Source: Bdellovibrionales bacterium (GTDB lineage: Bacteria; Bdellovibrionota_C; UBA2361; RFPC01). Taken from it: 61,212 nt of DNA. The stretch covers positions 1-61,212 of the forward strand of contig JAGRAO010000001.1 of assembly GCA_020434565.1 (NCBI GenBank), given 5' to 3'. Of this stretch, positions 48,936 through 57,659 are shown piece by piece; position 1 is the first letter of the stretch; the number at the start of each line of letters is the position of its first letter. The notes under the pieces were generated by a model, which ran no database searches, was not told the DNA's origin, and worked only from the letters and a program-made list of their open reading frames with translations. The position numbers and the translations under genes were made by a program.

Positions 48936-51227
48936 ATGACCGAAGAGAGCACGTTAGACGAAGAGTCCAGTTCAAGCCAAGGAGCGAGAGCTGAGACCGA
49001 TTTCTTTCCAGATTATAGCCTTTCATACAAAAGGAGATTCGGGGCATTCCTCTTTCTCTTTGGTCTCCTCATGTATCACCGCTTGCCAGTAGTGGAGCAT
49101 CTTTCCACCGCCTATTATGGCGGTGCAAGAGGCGATGCTGGGCTCTACGTTTGGTTGACGAGAAGTATCGGAGATGCGCTGTCGTGGCGACGTTGGTTTG
49201 ATACATCTGCGTTTTTCCCTTACCGAGAAACTCTCGCGTGGAGTGATAATTTCATTCTTCCGTCGCTCTGTACTCAAGCGCTGGAGGCGCTCGGATTTTC
49301 TCATATCGCGGCGTATAATCTTGTCTTGTTAGGCGCGGGGCTCCTTGCTGGGTATTGGACTTTTCGACTTGCGTACCTGATTTCGGGCCAATTTTTGGGT
49401 TCACTCTTGAGTGGGTCAACTTTTCTTTCGCTCGGGTATCTCTCGGGTGTCTCCGGCCATCCGCAGTTGCAGTTCGTGTTTTTCTTTCCGCTTGTTTTCT
49501 ACTTTTTCTTTCGCTTTGTTTCGTCACCGAGCTACTCCCGCAGTTTCATTATAGGCCTCGGGCTTTCGGGAGCGTTTTTAACCACGGTTTACTTCGCGCT
49601 CTTTTCGGGCTTTGCCGTGGTATTATTGTTTTGTGCGTTCTCTGTGCTTCGGCCTTGGAGGATGAATCGCTTCGCAGCCTCGAGGTTCATCGTTGGGGTC
49701 TCAGTTGGTCTCGTTCCAGCAGCTCCCTTTATTGTTCCCTACTTCGACGTTGCGAATATTTTTTCAGCTCGAGATATATTCGAAGCATTTGCGTTTCGAG
49801 CGAGTCCACTTTCGTATTTTGCCGGCTCGGAACATAATGTTCTCTACTCGTTTACAAATTCCCTTTCCCATGCAGAAGCACACCTCTTTCCGGGATTTGT
49901 CTTTTATCTTTTGAGTTTTATTCCAATTGCCTTGTTGTGGTGGGTGCGCTCGCTTCGTCCTTATTATTTAGGAGTGATTCTATCGGGGGTCTTCGGCTCT
50001 GCGCTTGTCGCCCTTGATCCAAAAGTCGCAAACTCATTTATTCAATCGGTCATCCATGGATTCGTGATTTTTCTTCTTTGGCTTTCCTGGTTTCTCTTTG
50101 CTGGGGCCCTCTATCGCTTAGGGCGCCGAGAAGAGGAGACAGGAGTACTGTTCGTAACAAACCGTTCGCTCACACTTCTGATTGGATTTCTTGCCTATTC
50201 TTTCTATCTCCTCTCTCTCGGGCCGGTCTTTGACCCGCGCGCGACATCACTCGGATCGTTTTCGCCATTTGGCATTTTGTATCATATCGTTCCCGGCTTT
50301 GATTCTATGCGAGCGATTAGTAGGTGCGGAGTTTTGGTCCTGCTTTTCTTGAGTGTCCAGCTCAGCTTCTCCACTGTCTCTTTAAAGAGAGTACGTAGAG
50401 CCGAAGTAGTCGTCGGTTTGTTGTTTCTCTTTATCTATGGAGAGAACCTGGTGCGCTATATCGATTTAGAGACCCCCCAAAAGCTTCCTACTGTTCTCTC
50501 GGAGGTCCAAAAGGTAGCGCAGAGAGAAGATGTCATTATGTTTCTCCCCTGGACACAAGAGATCAATCCGAGTGGAGGGGTAAAAAGTTGGGGAGATTTT
50601 GCAAGAAAGAACTCAATATATATGAATTGGTCGGCCCAGATCGGTTTGAAGACTACAAATGGGTACAGTGGTTTGAGGTCAAAGCTCATGAAAGAATTGC
50701 CGCGCAAAATGAGCGGCTTTCCTGATCAGCGTTCACTTACGACGCTTGCATTTCTTGGTAATGTTCGATTTGTCGTGTTGTGTCCATACCTCTTGGAGGG
50801 ATTTGACGAGAACTATTTTCGCGAAGAACTCTCTCTTTATGAGAATGATTTAAAACTTCTCGGGCAAGATGAGGACGGAAACTTCGCCTTTGAGTTTATT
50901 GGAGAGAGTAAGGTTCGAGAGGCACTTCAGGTGCTTCTCCCAGCTCACTCACGGTCCTTCGTGCATTTGGAAGTCAAATCGCTCTACCAGCCGAATTCTC
51001 CCGAGATTCCCTTGACTCTGAGGGAATCTCTTCACTACCAGGGCGAAGCGCTTGGCACCCTTACGATCAAAAGCGATGGGCAGTGGCAAGGTTTTCTCTT
51101 GCCTCTGCCCGAACCAAAGGTTCCCGTCATTCCGTTTCAACTTCAGTTTGAAACGACGGAGGGCAGTGCTGTCTATGTGAAGGATGTTCGTGCCGTTCCG
51201 GGAGAGTCAAGTGAGGAAGAGATGTGA
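48936..51227 (+). CDS. Large polytopic membrane protein with C-terminal soluble domain (GT-C-like architecture)
   Basis: About 12-14 hydrophobic segments over 480 aa, then a soluble domain of roughly 270 aa. The architecture resembles YfhO/ArnT-type glycosyltransferases. This is a call from architecture, not a motif-level match. Confidence 0.45.
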   Translation: MTEESTLDEESSSSQGARAETDFFPDYSLSYKRRFGAFLFLFGLLMYHRLPVVEHLSTAYYGGARGDAGLYVWLTRSIGDALSWRRWFDTSAFFPYRETLAWSDNFILPSLCTQALEALGFSHIAAYNLVLLGAGLLAGYWTFRLAYLISGQFLGSLLSGSTFLSLGYLSGVSGHPQLQFVFFFPLVFYFFFRFVSSPSYSRSFIIGLGLSGAFLTTVYFALFSGFAVVLLFCAFSVLRPWRMNRFAASRFIVGVSVGLVPAAPFIVPYFDVANIFSARDIFEAFAFRASPLSYFAGSEHNVLYSFTNSLSHAEAHLFPGFVFYLLSFIPIALLWWVRSLRPYYLGVILSGVFGSALVALDPKVANSFIQSVIHGFVIFLLWLSWFLFAGALYRLGRREEETGVLFVTNRSLTLLIGFLAYSFYLLSLGPVFDPRATSLGSFSPFGILYHIVPGFDSMRAISRCGVLVLLFLSVQLSFSTVSLKRVRRAEVVVGLLFLFIYGENLVRYIDLETPQKLPTVLSEVQKVAQREDVIMFLPWTQEINPSGGVKSWGDFARKNSIYMNWSAQIGLKTTNGYSGLRSKLMKELPRKMSGFPDQRSLTTLAFLGNVRFVVLCPYLLEGFDENYFREELSLYENDLKLLGQDEDGNFAFEFIGESKVREALQVLLPAHSRSFVHLEVKSLYQPNSPEIPLTLRESLHYQGEALGTLTIKSDGQWQGFLLPLPEPKVPVIPFQLQFETTEGSAVYVKDVRAVPGESSEEEM

Positions 51228-52180
51228 AAAGGAGTGACCTTAGGACCGAGTCTCGAAAAAGTTTAACCCCTGTGTGGTTTGGTGGATGGCAAGCGAGCGG
51301 TTGGGTCACATCAAGAGAGTCAAGATTTACTGAAACTCTGGAGCACTATCTCTCGCTTGGAGGAAATGCGATCGACACGGCCGAGGGGTACGGAAATGGC
51401 CTCTCTGAAAAGCTCATTGGACAAGTCCTCAATTCAAAAGAGAGAGAGGACGTTTTTGTTGCTACAAAATTTCACCACTACAGAACCTCTCTCTCTCAAA
51501 TTGAGAAGGCTCTTGATCGATCACTAAAAAATCTCCGGACGGACTATGTAGACCTGCTCTATCAACACTGGCCCGCAAAGGAGCGCGTAAGCGAGAGGGT
51601 GATTGAATCTATCATATCGCTTCGTGAGAAGGGAAAGGTCAGAAATATCGGGGTCTCAAATTGGGATCAGAATGTCTTTCAAGAACTTTTCGATCCGACA
51701 CTGATTGACGTCATCCAGAATTGTTACAATCTCTTGTGGCGAAAGGATGAGTCCTGGTTTCCCAATTTTCAGGAAAATGGTCGGCCTCGCTATCTCGCAT
51801 ATTCTCCTCTTGCTCAGGGTCTGCTTGCCGGTCGAAGAGAGTTGTTTCAAAAAGTTCCATCAGATCACCGATCGAAAAATGTCTTGTTCGATCAGTCATC
51901 AGCGAAAGACACACTTGCGCTCCTGGAGAAGCTGGACTTCATTTCGAAGGAGTTTCGGGTACCAACAGCAACCCTTTCACTCGCTTGGGTTCTCTCAAGG
52001 CCCTTTGTCTCAGGGGCGATTGCTGGAGCAAGTAGTCTCGGGCAAGTCGACGAGAACTTCGCTGCAACTTCCTTCCTTAACTCTGAAGCAACAGGGCTCG
52101 CTGACAAACTTTTCTCTCGGCCTATCGACCTAGAGCGACCCTTAAAAAGCATGTGGGAGTGGCATCCGCGGGCAGAGTAA
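51224..52180 (+). CDS. Aldo/keto reductase
   Basis: GGNAIDTAEGYGNGLSEKLIG, VFVATKF, DLLYQHWP and NIGVSNW are present. The GTG start overlaps the upstream stop (GTGA). Confidence 0.85.
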   Translation: MKRSDLRTESRKSLTPVWFGGWQASGWVTSRESRFTETLEHYLSLGGNAIDTAEGYGNGLSEKLIGQVLNSKEREDVFVATKFHHYRTSLSQIEKALDRSLKNLRTDYVDLLYQHWPAKERVSERVIESIISLREKGKVRNIGVSNWDQNVFQELFDPTLIDVIQNCYNLLWRKDESWFPNFQENGRPRYLAYSPLAQGLLAGRRELFQKVPSDHRSKNVLFDQSSAKDTLALLEKLDFISKEFRVPTATLSLAWVLSRPFVSGAIAGASSLGQVDENFAATSFLNSEATGLADKLFSRPIDLERPLKSMWEWHPRAE

Positions 52181-52230
52181 TTCCCATCCAAGCGGATAGA
52201 GTTGGGGAGGCCCACTTCAGATGAGAAACG

Positions 52231-53748
52231 CTATCCTATCTGACTTCCATCGCTACACGCAGCACACTGACCTTCGTCATCAACGCCGCACGGGCACTCG
52301 CAATAGCAAGTGTCATTCGCGCCCTCTTGAACTGCGCCACCATTGGCGCACGAAAAATCCTGGCATCCACATTCGCAAGAATCAGGATCTCGGGTTTTAT
52401 TTCCTGGGCAAGCAGTCGATACACACACACAATCTCCAACCTCTGGAGCGCCACCGGACCACTCTCTGTTTCCTTGACAAGTGCACTGACATTGAGCGTT
52501 GTGATACGGATTATTCGGATTACCATTTACTGAGTAGGGACGTTGGCCATATCCGAGAATTGAATTTGCAGGGCACCCTCCCCAGTTTGACAGGCACCAA
52601 CACGAACAGCGATCGGGAGCAAGCATCATTCGCTCAGCAGGGATGCCGTACAACGTTTCACAATCAGACATCGTAAGTTCTCTTCCTTCAGCCGAGCCAT
52701 CGTCTACGCGACATTCACAACGATAGGTGGAATCATCTGTCCCGGTTATGACTCTGCCAGGAAGAAAGGTGATTGGCGGTGCCGGCGGATCTCCATCATC
52801 TGGATCCCAATATGGCATGGGTGGAGCGGGAGAGTCTCCTCCAGGCGGTGGATCACATTCGCACTCTGCCTCAACACCACCATTAAAGCCGGTATTTTGA
52901 TAGCAACCACAACGACACTTGTTTGGACCAACCGAGTATCGCACACTTCCCGGCCCGTATTTGTCGACACAAAATTCTGTCGTTGGACATTTGCAATTAA
53001 AATCGTCTGCAAAGCTGTTGAAATAATTTTTCCCTTCAGGTTCTTCTCCGGTTGCTGAGCGGTCAAACTGGCAGGCGTGGCAGGTTCCAATCCCTTCATC
53101 GTCAATGAACCACAGTGAATTCGGCTCATCAGAACAATCACACGGCCCCTGACCATAGTTCGGCATTCCAAATGGAATGCCAGCGCAATCCACCTTGAGT
53201 GTGCCGGAGTACGGGGTAATCTGTTCTCGATACGCTACTGCCGTTCGAACAACCTGCTGGTACGATGATGAACCATCAAATGCGGAGTAGATGAGCGACA
53301 CTGGATTTACGACATAATACGTCAGCCGCAACACTATCGGCTCAGAGAGAAACGCTGCTCGTTGGCTTTGTCCGTCTTCTGGTTCGGGAAGGATAACCGA
53401 AGCGGCATCAATCGGGGCAAATGCGAATCCCCCCGGTCCGCCTATCGAGATGAGGCCTTGAGATACTGGAAGATCAAGCATCGCTGCTCTAACTTTTTCA
53501 ACTCCGAGACACCATCCGGTCGCATCGTGGTCATTCGCAGTGCAATCCTCTCGGTTCTCTTCGAACTCGGCGGCTGTTGTGGCCAAGGTAATCGCGCGCC
53601 CTAGTGCGGTGTCAACAATTCCGTTAGTGAGCATCCACAATCCAAAGTAGCAGACGGCGAGAACGAGAGAGAAGAAAATAGGGAGGCCAATAGCGTACTC
53701 TATGAACTGAGCACCGGCTTCGTGGGATATTTCTCTTCGCCTCTTCAT
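52231..53748 (-). CDS. TadE/Flp-type pseudopilin-like N-terminus fused to a large Cys-rich (CxC/CxCxC) domain
   Basis: The N-terminus is MKRRREISHEAG-AQFIEYAIGLPIFFSLVLAV, a G/AxxIEY prepilin-type motif plus a hydrophobic helix. I count about 39 Cys by hand. Clusters include PCDC, NCKC, KCRCGC, ECEC, RCEC, RCSCWC, QCQCTC, DCVC, SCECGC and TCYCECPC. Confidence 0.7.
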   Translation of the reverse strand: MKRRREISHEAGAQFIEYAIGLPIFFSLVLAVCYFGLWMLTNGIVDTALGRAITLATTAAEFEENREDCTANDHDATGWCLGVEKVRAAMLDLPVSQGLISIGGPGGFAFAPIDAASVILPEPEDGQSQRAAFLSEPIVLRLTYYVVNPVSLIYSAFDGSSSYQQVVRTAVAYREQITPYSGTLKVDCAGIPFGMPNYGQGPCDCSDEPNSLWFIDDEGIGTCHACQFDRSATGEEPEGKNYFNSFADDFNCKCPTTEFCVDKYGPGSVRYSVGPNKCRCGCYQNTGFNGGVEAECECDPPPGGDSPAPPMPYWDPDDGDPPAPPITFLPGRVITGTDDSTYRCECRVDDGSAEGRELTMSDCETLYGIPAERMMLAPDRCSCWCLSNWGGCPANSILGYGQRPYSVNGNPNNPYHNAQCQCTCQGNREWSGGAPEVGDCVCVSTACPGNKTRDPDSCECGCQDFSCANGGAVQEGANDTCYCECPCGVDDEGQCAACSDGSQIG

Positions 53749-53800
53749 TTTTTGTCGGTCCTTGGCGAGGTATCGTCTCCGAACAATATCTCGTGCAATA

Positions 53801-56092
53801 TTAGAGATCGGGGTCTACGATCGCAAAACTCTGGCTATTGATAAAGACATCTTTAAACGCTTGGCTCACCTGTTCTCTCGGAGAGCGACAGCCCCAGTCG
53901 TAAAAATTGCGCTGTCCGCTGAGTGCTTTACAATCGATAACTGGAACGTCATCGGGGCAGCCGGGATGTACCGTTCGAACCGGTTGATAGATCCCACCGG
54001 TAATAACAGATGCCCTATAGAGAGCCTCAGCAGCTGGGGTAAACCCAAAATTTTCATACCGGTTATTAAACAGACCATTTCCGAATTCGTCGTTATAGAC
54101 CTCTCGGCCCTCAACAAAGAGCTGGCCGGAAGCCCGCGCCTCGTCGTCCGATATGCAAGCGACAGCTCCCCCCTCCTCCTTTTTGTCCTTCGGTATGAAG
54201 AGGGTATGCGCTCCGCCCTGTTGGCCGGCGTGAATATGATGCAGCGCGATATTTGACTGAAAGAGCGAAATGAATGCGATGTCAAGATAGTCATCGGCAG
54301 CTTTGCGCCATGTTTCGTAGTTTAGCTCGCAAAATTTTCCCTTTCCTGAAATGCCAGACAGCTGTTCGGCTGATTCACCATTGACGCATGAATGGATTCC
54401 GTCTGTAGCGTGAACAATCAGCTTTACTGCAGAGAAATTTGCTTCAGCGTCGGAAAGCTGTCGGGCGGCTTCGGTCAACGCCAGGGTAGAATTTGTAAAT
54501 CCCGACGCAGTCGGAAAAAGTCGGAGCTTGATCCAGCGCGGGAGCTGAACGACGTCGTCCCCGAGATCGTTGAAATAGGTGTTGGGATCTGGAGAATTGA
54601 GTCCGGGGAGAGATCCAACGCCATTTTCTCCAACAATCTCTTCGAGGACAGAGAGCGGGTAGTCGAGATTCTGGGTAAGATTAATGACTCGTCCCCATGT
54701 GAGCTCTTCGTCGTAGGCAATGAGGGCTGCGCGATCGTTTGGAACACCACGCTTCTTTAGCAAGGCGAGAGTTTCGTGGATTCCCCGAATAATCGACATG
54801 AACGGTTCCGGCCCAACAACGGGATAATTGTCACGCTCGTTGTCGAGGTAATAATAAAGGGGTGAAGGATCAGCCGAGTCGGTAATATTTTCCGCTTCTC
54901 CCGGTACTGGATGATACTGTCTGTCAGAGTAGAGCTCCCTTCCCTCTATTGAGATGGGATACGTAAAAACAGGATCGGTCCGGTATTCGTCCTTGGCGTG
55001 TGAGCGAAAATCGGGGCTTCCATCGTCTGTTTCAGGGAGGTTTTCCCAGTTCGTCGCAACCAAATCAGGGGTAACTTTCCAGGCTCCAGCGTCTTGCACA
55101 ACCTGATAAGCGAAAAATGCCGCAGGAGGCTGGTCAGAATTGGGATCAGGAGTGGCGGTCGGACTCGGCTCTTCCTCTACCTCAGCCTCATCAAGCGGGT
55201 CTACGGGAGAAAGGATATCGGACTTTACAGGTGTTTCGAATTCATAAGTTCCGAGCGCTTTCCCAAAATCAAAACCAGCAAATTTAGACTCCTCTTCTTC
55301 GCCAGAAGCCGCGCTCTCTTCTTCGCTTCCTTCATCCGCACCCTCGTTCTTTGCTCCGAGGTCGACCTCTTTAGGAGCTTCTGGATTTTTTGTATCAATT
55401 TCCGGATCATTTTTCGCATTACCACCTTCATCATCGCCAAGGGGCGGGAGGTGAGTTATCTCAGCCACGGAAGCTGAGAGATCAGCCATAAATACGGCAA
55501 AAATAGGAGCAACTGCAGCAGCCGAGGTAATCTCTATGTAATCTCGTTTTGAGCTGGTGAAAGAGTTTGCCCATGAAAGGCGGTCACTCGCGATTTTCCC
55601 ACGAATCGTTACAGCGTTTGCCAGCTCATCCGAGGTGCGACCGCATAGAGTAGGGGGAACCTGGCGATTACACGACTCGGGGAGAGAACCGTCAAGCGGT
55701 AACGCGGTATAGTGACGTTGAGCCGTTACCTGGAGGATACCAACTTCGTTTGAACTCTCAGTTTGGAACTCTACATTTCCTAGCACAGCTGAGCTTTGGT
55801 AGGAGAGGGCCTCGAGGGCGTCGAGTGCAGCTTCTTGTTTTTTAGCGTGGCACACCGAAGTCGAGTCAGCCGGCTCACACTGTTCCGCCGCATATCCCTT
55901 TAAATAGGCAAGGGCGAGGTGATTCATTGCCGCCTGCATCTGCTCGACGGTAGAGCCGGTTGTTGAGATGTAATAGATCCCAAAAGCAAAGAGCACCGTA
56001 AAAGAAAACACGGCTGTAGCGAGAAGGATCATTCCTCCACCAGCTTCCGATTGGAATCGCCTTACATTTTGCATATAGCCATCAGTTCGCAA
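53801..56092 (-). CDS. TadG-like membrane-anchored von Willebrand factor A (vWA) domain protein
   Basis: The N-terminal anchor is GGGMILLATAVFSFTVLFAFGIYYI. The MIDAS motif is FMADLSAS (DxSxS). Later vWA elements are GFTNST and LIVHATDG. A large acidic insert follows the MIDAS motif. Confidence 0.7.
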   Translation of the reverse strand: MRTDGYMQNVRRFQSEAGGGMILLATAVFSFTVLFAFGIYYISTTGSTVEQMQAAMNHLALAYLKGYAAEQCEPADSTSVCHAKKQEAALDALEALSYQSSAVLGNVEFQTESSNEVGILQVTAQRHYTALPLDGSLPESCNRQVPPTLCGRTSDELANAVTIRGKIASDRLSWANSFTSSKRDYIEITSAAAVAPIFAVFMADLSASVAEITHLPPLGDDEGGNAKNDPEIDTKNPEAPKEVDLGAKNEGADEGSEEESAASGEEEESKFAGFDFGKALGTYEFETPVKSDILSPVDPLDEAEVEEEPSPTATPDPNSDQPPAAFFAYQVVQDAGAWKVTPDLVATNWENLPETDDGSPDFRSHAKDEYRTDPVFTYPISIEGRELYSDRQYHPVPGEAENITDSADPSPLYYYLDNERDNYPVVGPEPFMSIIRGIHETLALLKKRGVPNDRAALIAYDEELTWGRVINLTQNLDYPLSVLEEIVGENGVGSLPGLNSPDPNTYFNDLGDDVVQLPRWIKLRLFPTASGFTNSTLALTEAARQLSDAEANFSAVKLIVHATDGIHSCVNGESAEQLSGISGKGKFCELNYETWRKAADDYLDIAFISLFQSNIALHHIHAGQQGGAHTLFIPKDKKEEGGAVACISDDEARASGQLFVEGREVYNDEFGNGLFNNRYENFGFTPAAEALYRASVITGGIYQPVRTVHPGCPDDVPVIDCKALSGQRNFYDWGCRSPREQVSQAFKDVFINSQSFAIVDPDL

Positions 56093-56171
56093 TACAGGGC
56101 TCTATGAGAATCATAAAAGAGAGAGCCCGATTCGCGAACTCCTAAAAATCACTCTCAAGAGAGATTTGTAC

Positions 56172-56867
56172 CTATTCACCGACAAAGAGAAACGGTCCAG
56201 TGCTCGAAGCAGAAATTTTAGCAGTGTTTCCCCAAATCGCACGGAAAAAAATCGGCGCACTCATCTCAAGTCGGACCTCTACCATGTCAGTTCGAGTGTT
56301 ATGAGGCGGCTCTGACGGAGTTGGAGTTGGCTCTGGGCTTGTACCTCCCCCACCTGCTTCGCAAGGACTTCCTTTGTCACCAGCGTCAAATATGTTGTCA
56401 GGAGTGAGAGAGTTGTCATCTTTTATTTCTGCCACTTCTTTGCACGGCTCAGGCGAAAGAACCGATCGAAGCTGTGGATCACCTCCGACAAGCACATCCT
56501 CCTGCCACCGTCGGGTCGTTACAGAAACCCCGGCACGGAGTTTGTTGCCATACTGGTTGATCATCCGGTTAATCTTATTCTGCACTTCGTAGTGAACCGT
56601 TCCTTGAGGGGCTTCACCTGCATACGTGGCAAGCTCAAGGTCGGGAGTATCTGACATGAGCCGTGATCCTTGGTACGCCAACTGTGAGAGTGTGTAGTAT
56701 TGCTGCAAGAGCATCCCGACATCAACAAGCAGCGCAAAGAGCAACAGAAATACGGGCAGTACTAAACTGAACTCCACCAACGCCACGCCGCCCTCATCCC
56801 GAATTTGAAAAGGGAAGGGGGAGGTGCGTCTTTGTCCTCTCCGGATAGCCATTGTTGAAAAGCCCAC
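56172..56867 (-). CDS. TadE-like pseudopilin-type protein
   Basis: EGGVALVEFSLVLPVFLLLFALLVDVG is the TadE-like N-terminal motif. The start is GTG 56867 or ATG 56852. Confidence 0.7.
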   Translation of the reverse strand: MGFSTMAIRRGQRRTSPFPFQIRDEGGVALVEFSLVLPVFLLLFALLVDVGMLLQQYYTLSQLAYQGSRLMSDTPDLELATYAGEAPQGTVHYEVQNKINRMINQYGNKLRAGVSVTTRRWQEDVLVGGDPQLRSVLSPEPCKEVAEIKDDNSLTPDNIFDAGDKGSPCEAGGGGTSPEPTPTPSEPPHNTRTDMVEVRLEMSAPIFFRAIWGNTAKISASSTGPFLFVGE

Positions 56868-57118
56868 TTTGTTGTCCGAGGGAAAGATCGTCCTATTGTC
56901 TCGAAATACTTAGGAGTGGGACCTTCTTCTTTAGGTAAAGGTGAAAATGTGGGTATTGCGGATGTACGAATCAGTCATCTTCTGATTCTTCAATCAGCGA
57001 ACCTTGAGATAGCATTACAAAAGGGCGCTTTGTCTATGAAAAATTCGTAGCCCCTTTTTCAGCAAGAGAGTGTGTGCAGTCAGGTAAGCGGCAGTCAAAT
57101 TGAGAAAAAAGAGAAAGG

Positions 57119-57559
57119 CTAGGATCGGCTTTCGAGAACTCGTTTTGCGAGCGAGCTCGCCATTTTTCCGTCATATTGGCCATCAAAATCGGCCTTCAGC
57201 CTCTGCATGACTGCGCCCATATTTGATACTTCAGGGCTTTGAACAATCTCTCCAATCACTTTCTCAAGTTCCTGTTCTGTCATCTGTTTGGGGAGAAAGG
57301 CATTGATGCACTGAATCCGCCTCTCAAGCTCAGTGCAGAGATCTGTGCGGTTGTCGTTCTTGGCAAATTCCAGAGACTCCTGCTGTTTCTTCAATTCGCT
57401 CTTGAGCACAGCAATCGACTGCGCATCAGAGAGAGAGTCGACTTTCTTGCTCATCTCTTCGTATTGGATAGCACTCAAAAGAGAACGAATCGTCTCGACA
57501 GAGAGCTTGTCTTTCGCCTTCATTGATTCTTTCATCTGAGACTTGAGCTGTTCTTTCAT
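57119..57559 (-). CDS. GatB/YqeY domain protein
   Basis: MKEQLKSQMKESMKAKDKLSVETIRSLLSAIQYEE and a C-terminal MGAVMQRLK...DGKMASSLAKRVL are typical of YqeY. Length is 146 aa. Confidence 0.85.
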   Translation of the reverse strand: MKEQLKSQMKESMKAKDKLSVETIRSLLSAIQYEEMSKKVDSLSDAQSIAVLKSELKKQQESLEFAKNDNRTDLCTELERRIQCINAFLPKQMTEQELEKVIGEIVQSPEVSNMGAVMQRLKADFDGQYDGKMASSLAKRVLESRS

Positions 57560-57659
57560 CGAAATGTACCAGTAAAGTTTAAGAGTCGTATTTCAAAAAT
57601 ATCTTCTTTATTCCATCAGAGTTCTTGCGAAGGTACTCTTCTCGGCAGCGAGGAGAACT

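Noticed and set aside
52221-52676. 151-aa plus-strand ORF opposite the Cys-rich gene.
   Set aside because: It is the antisense of a well-supported long ORF. Its His/Arg/Thr-rich composition mirrors the Cys/Gly codons on the other strand.
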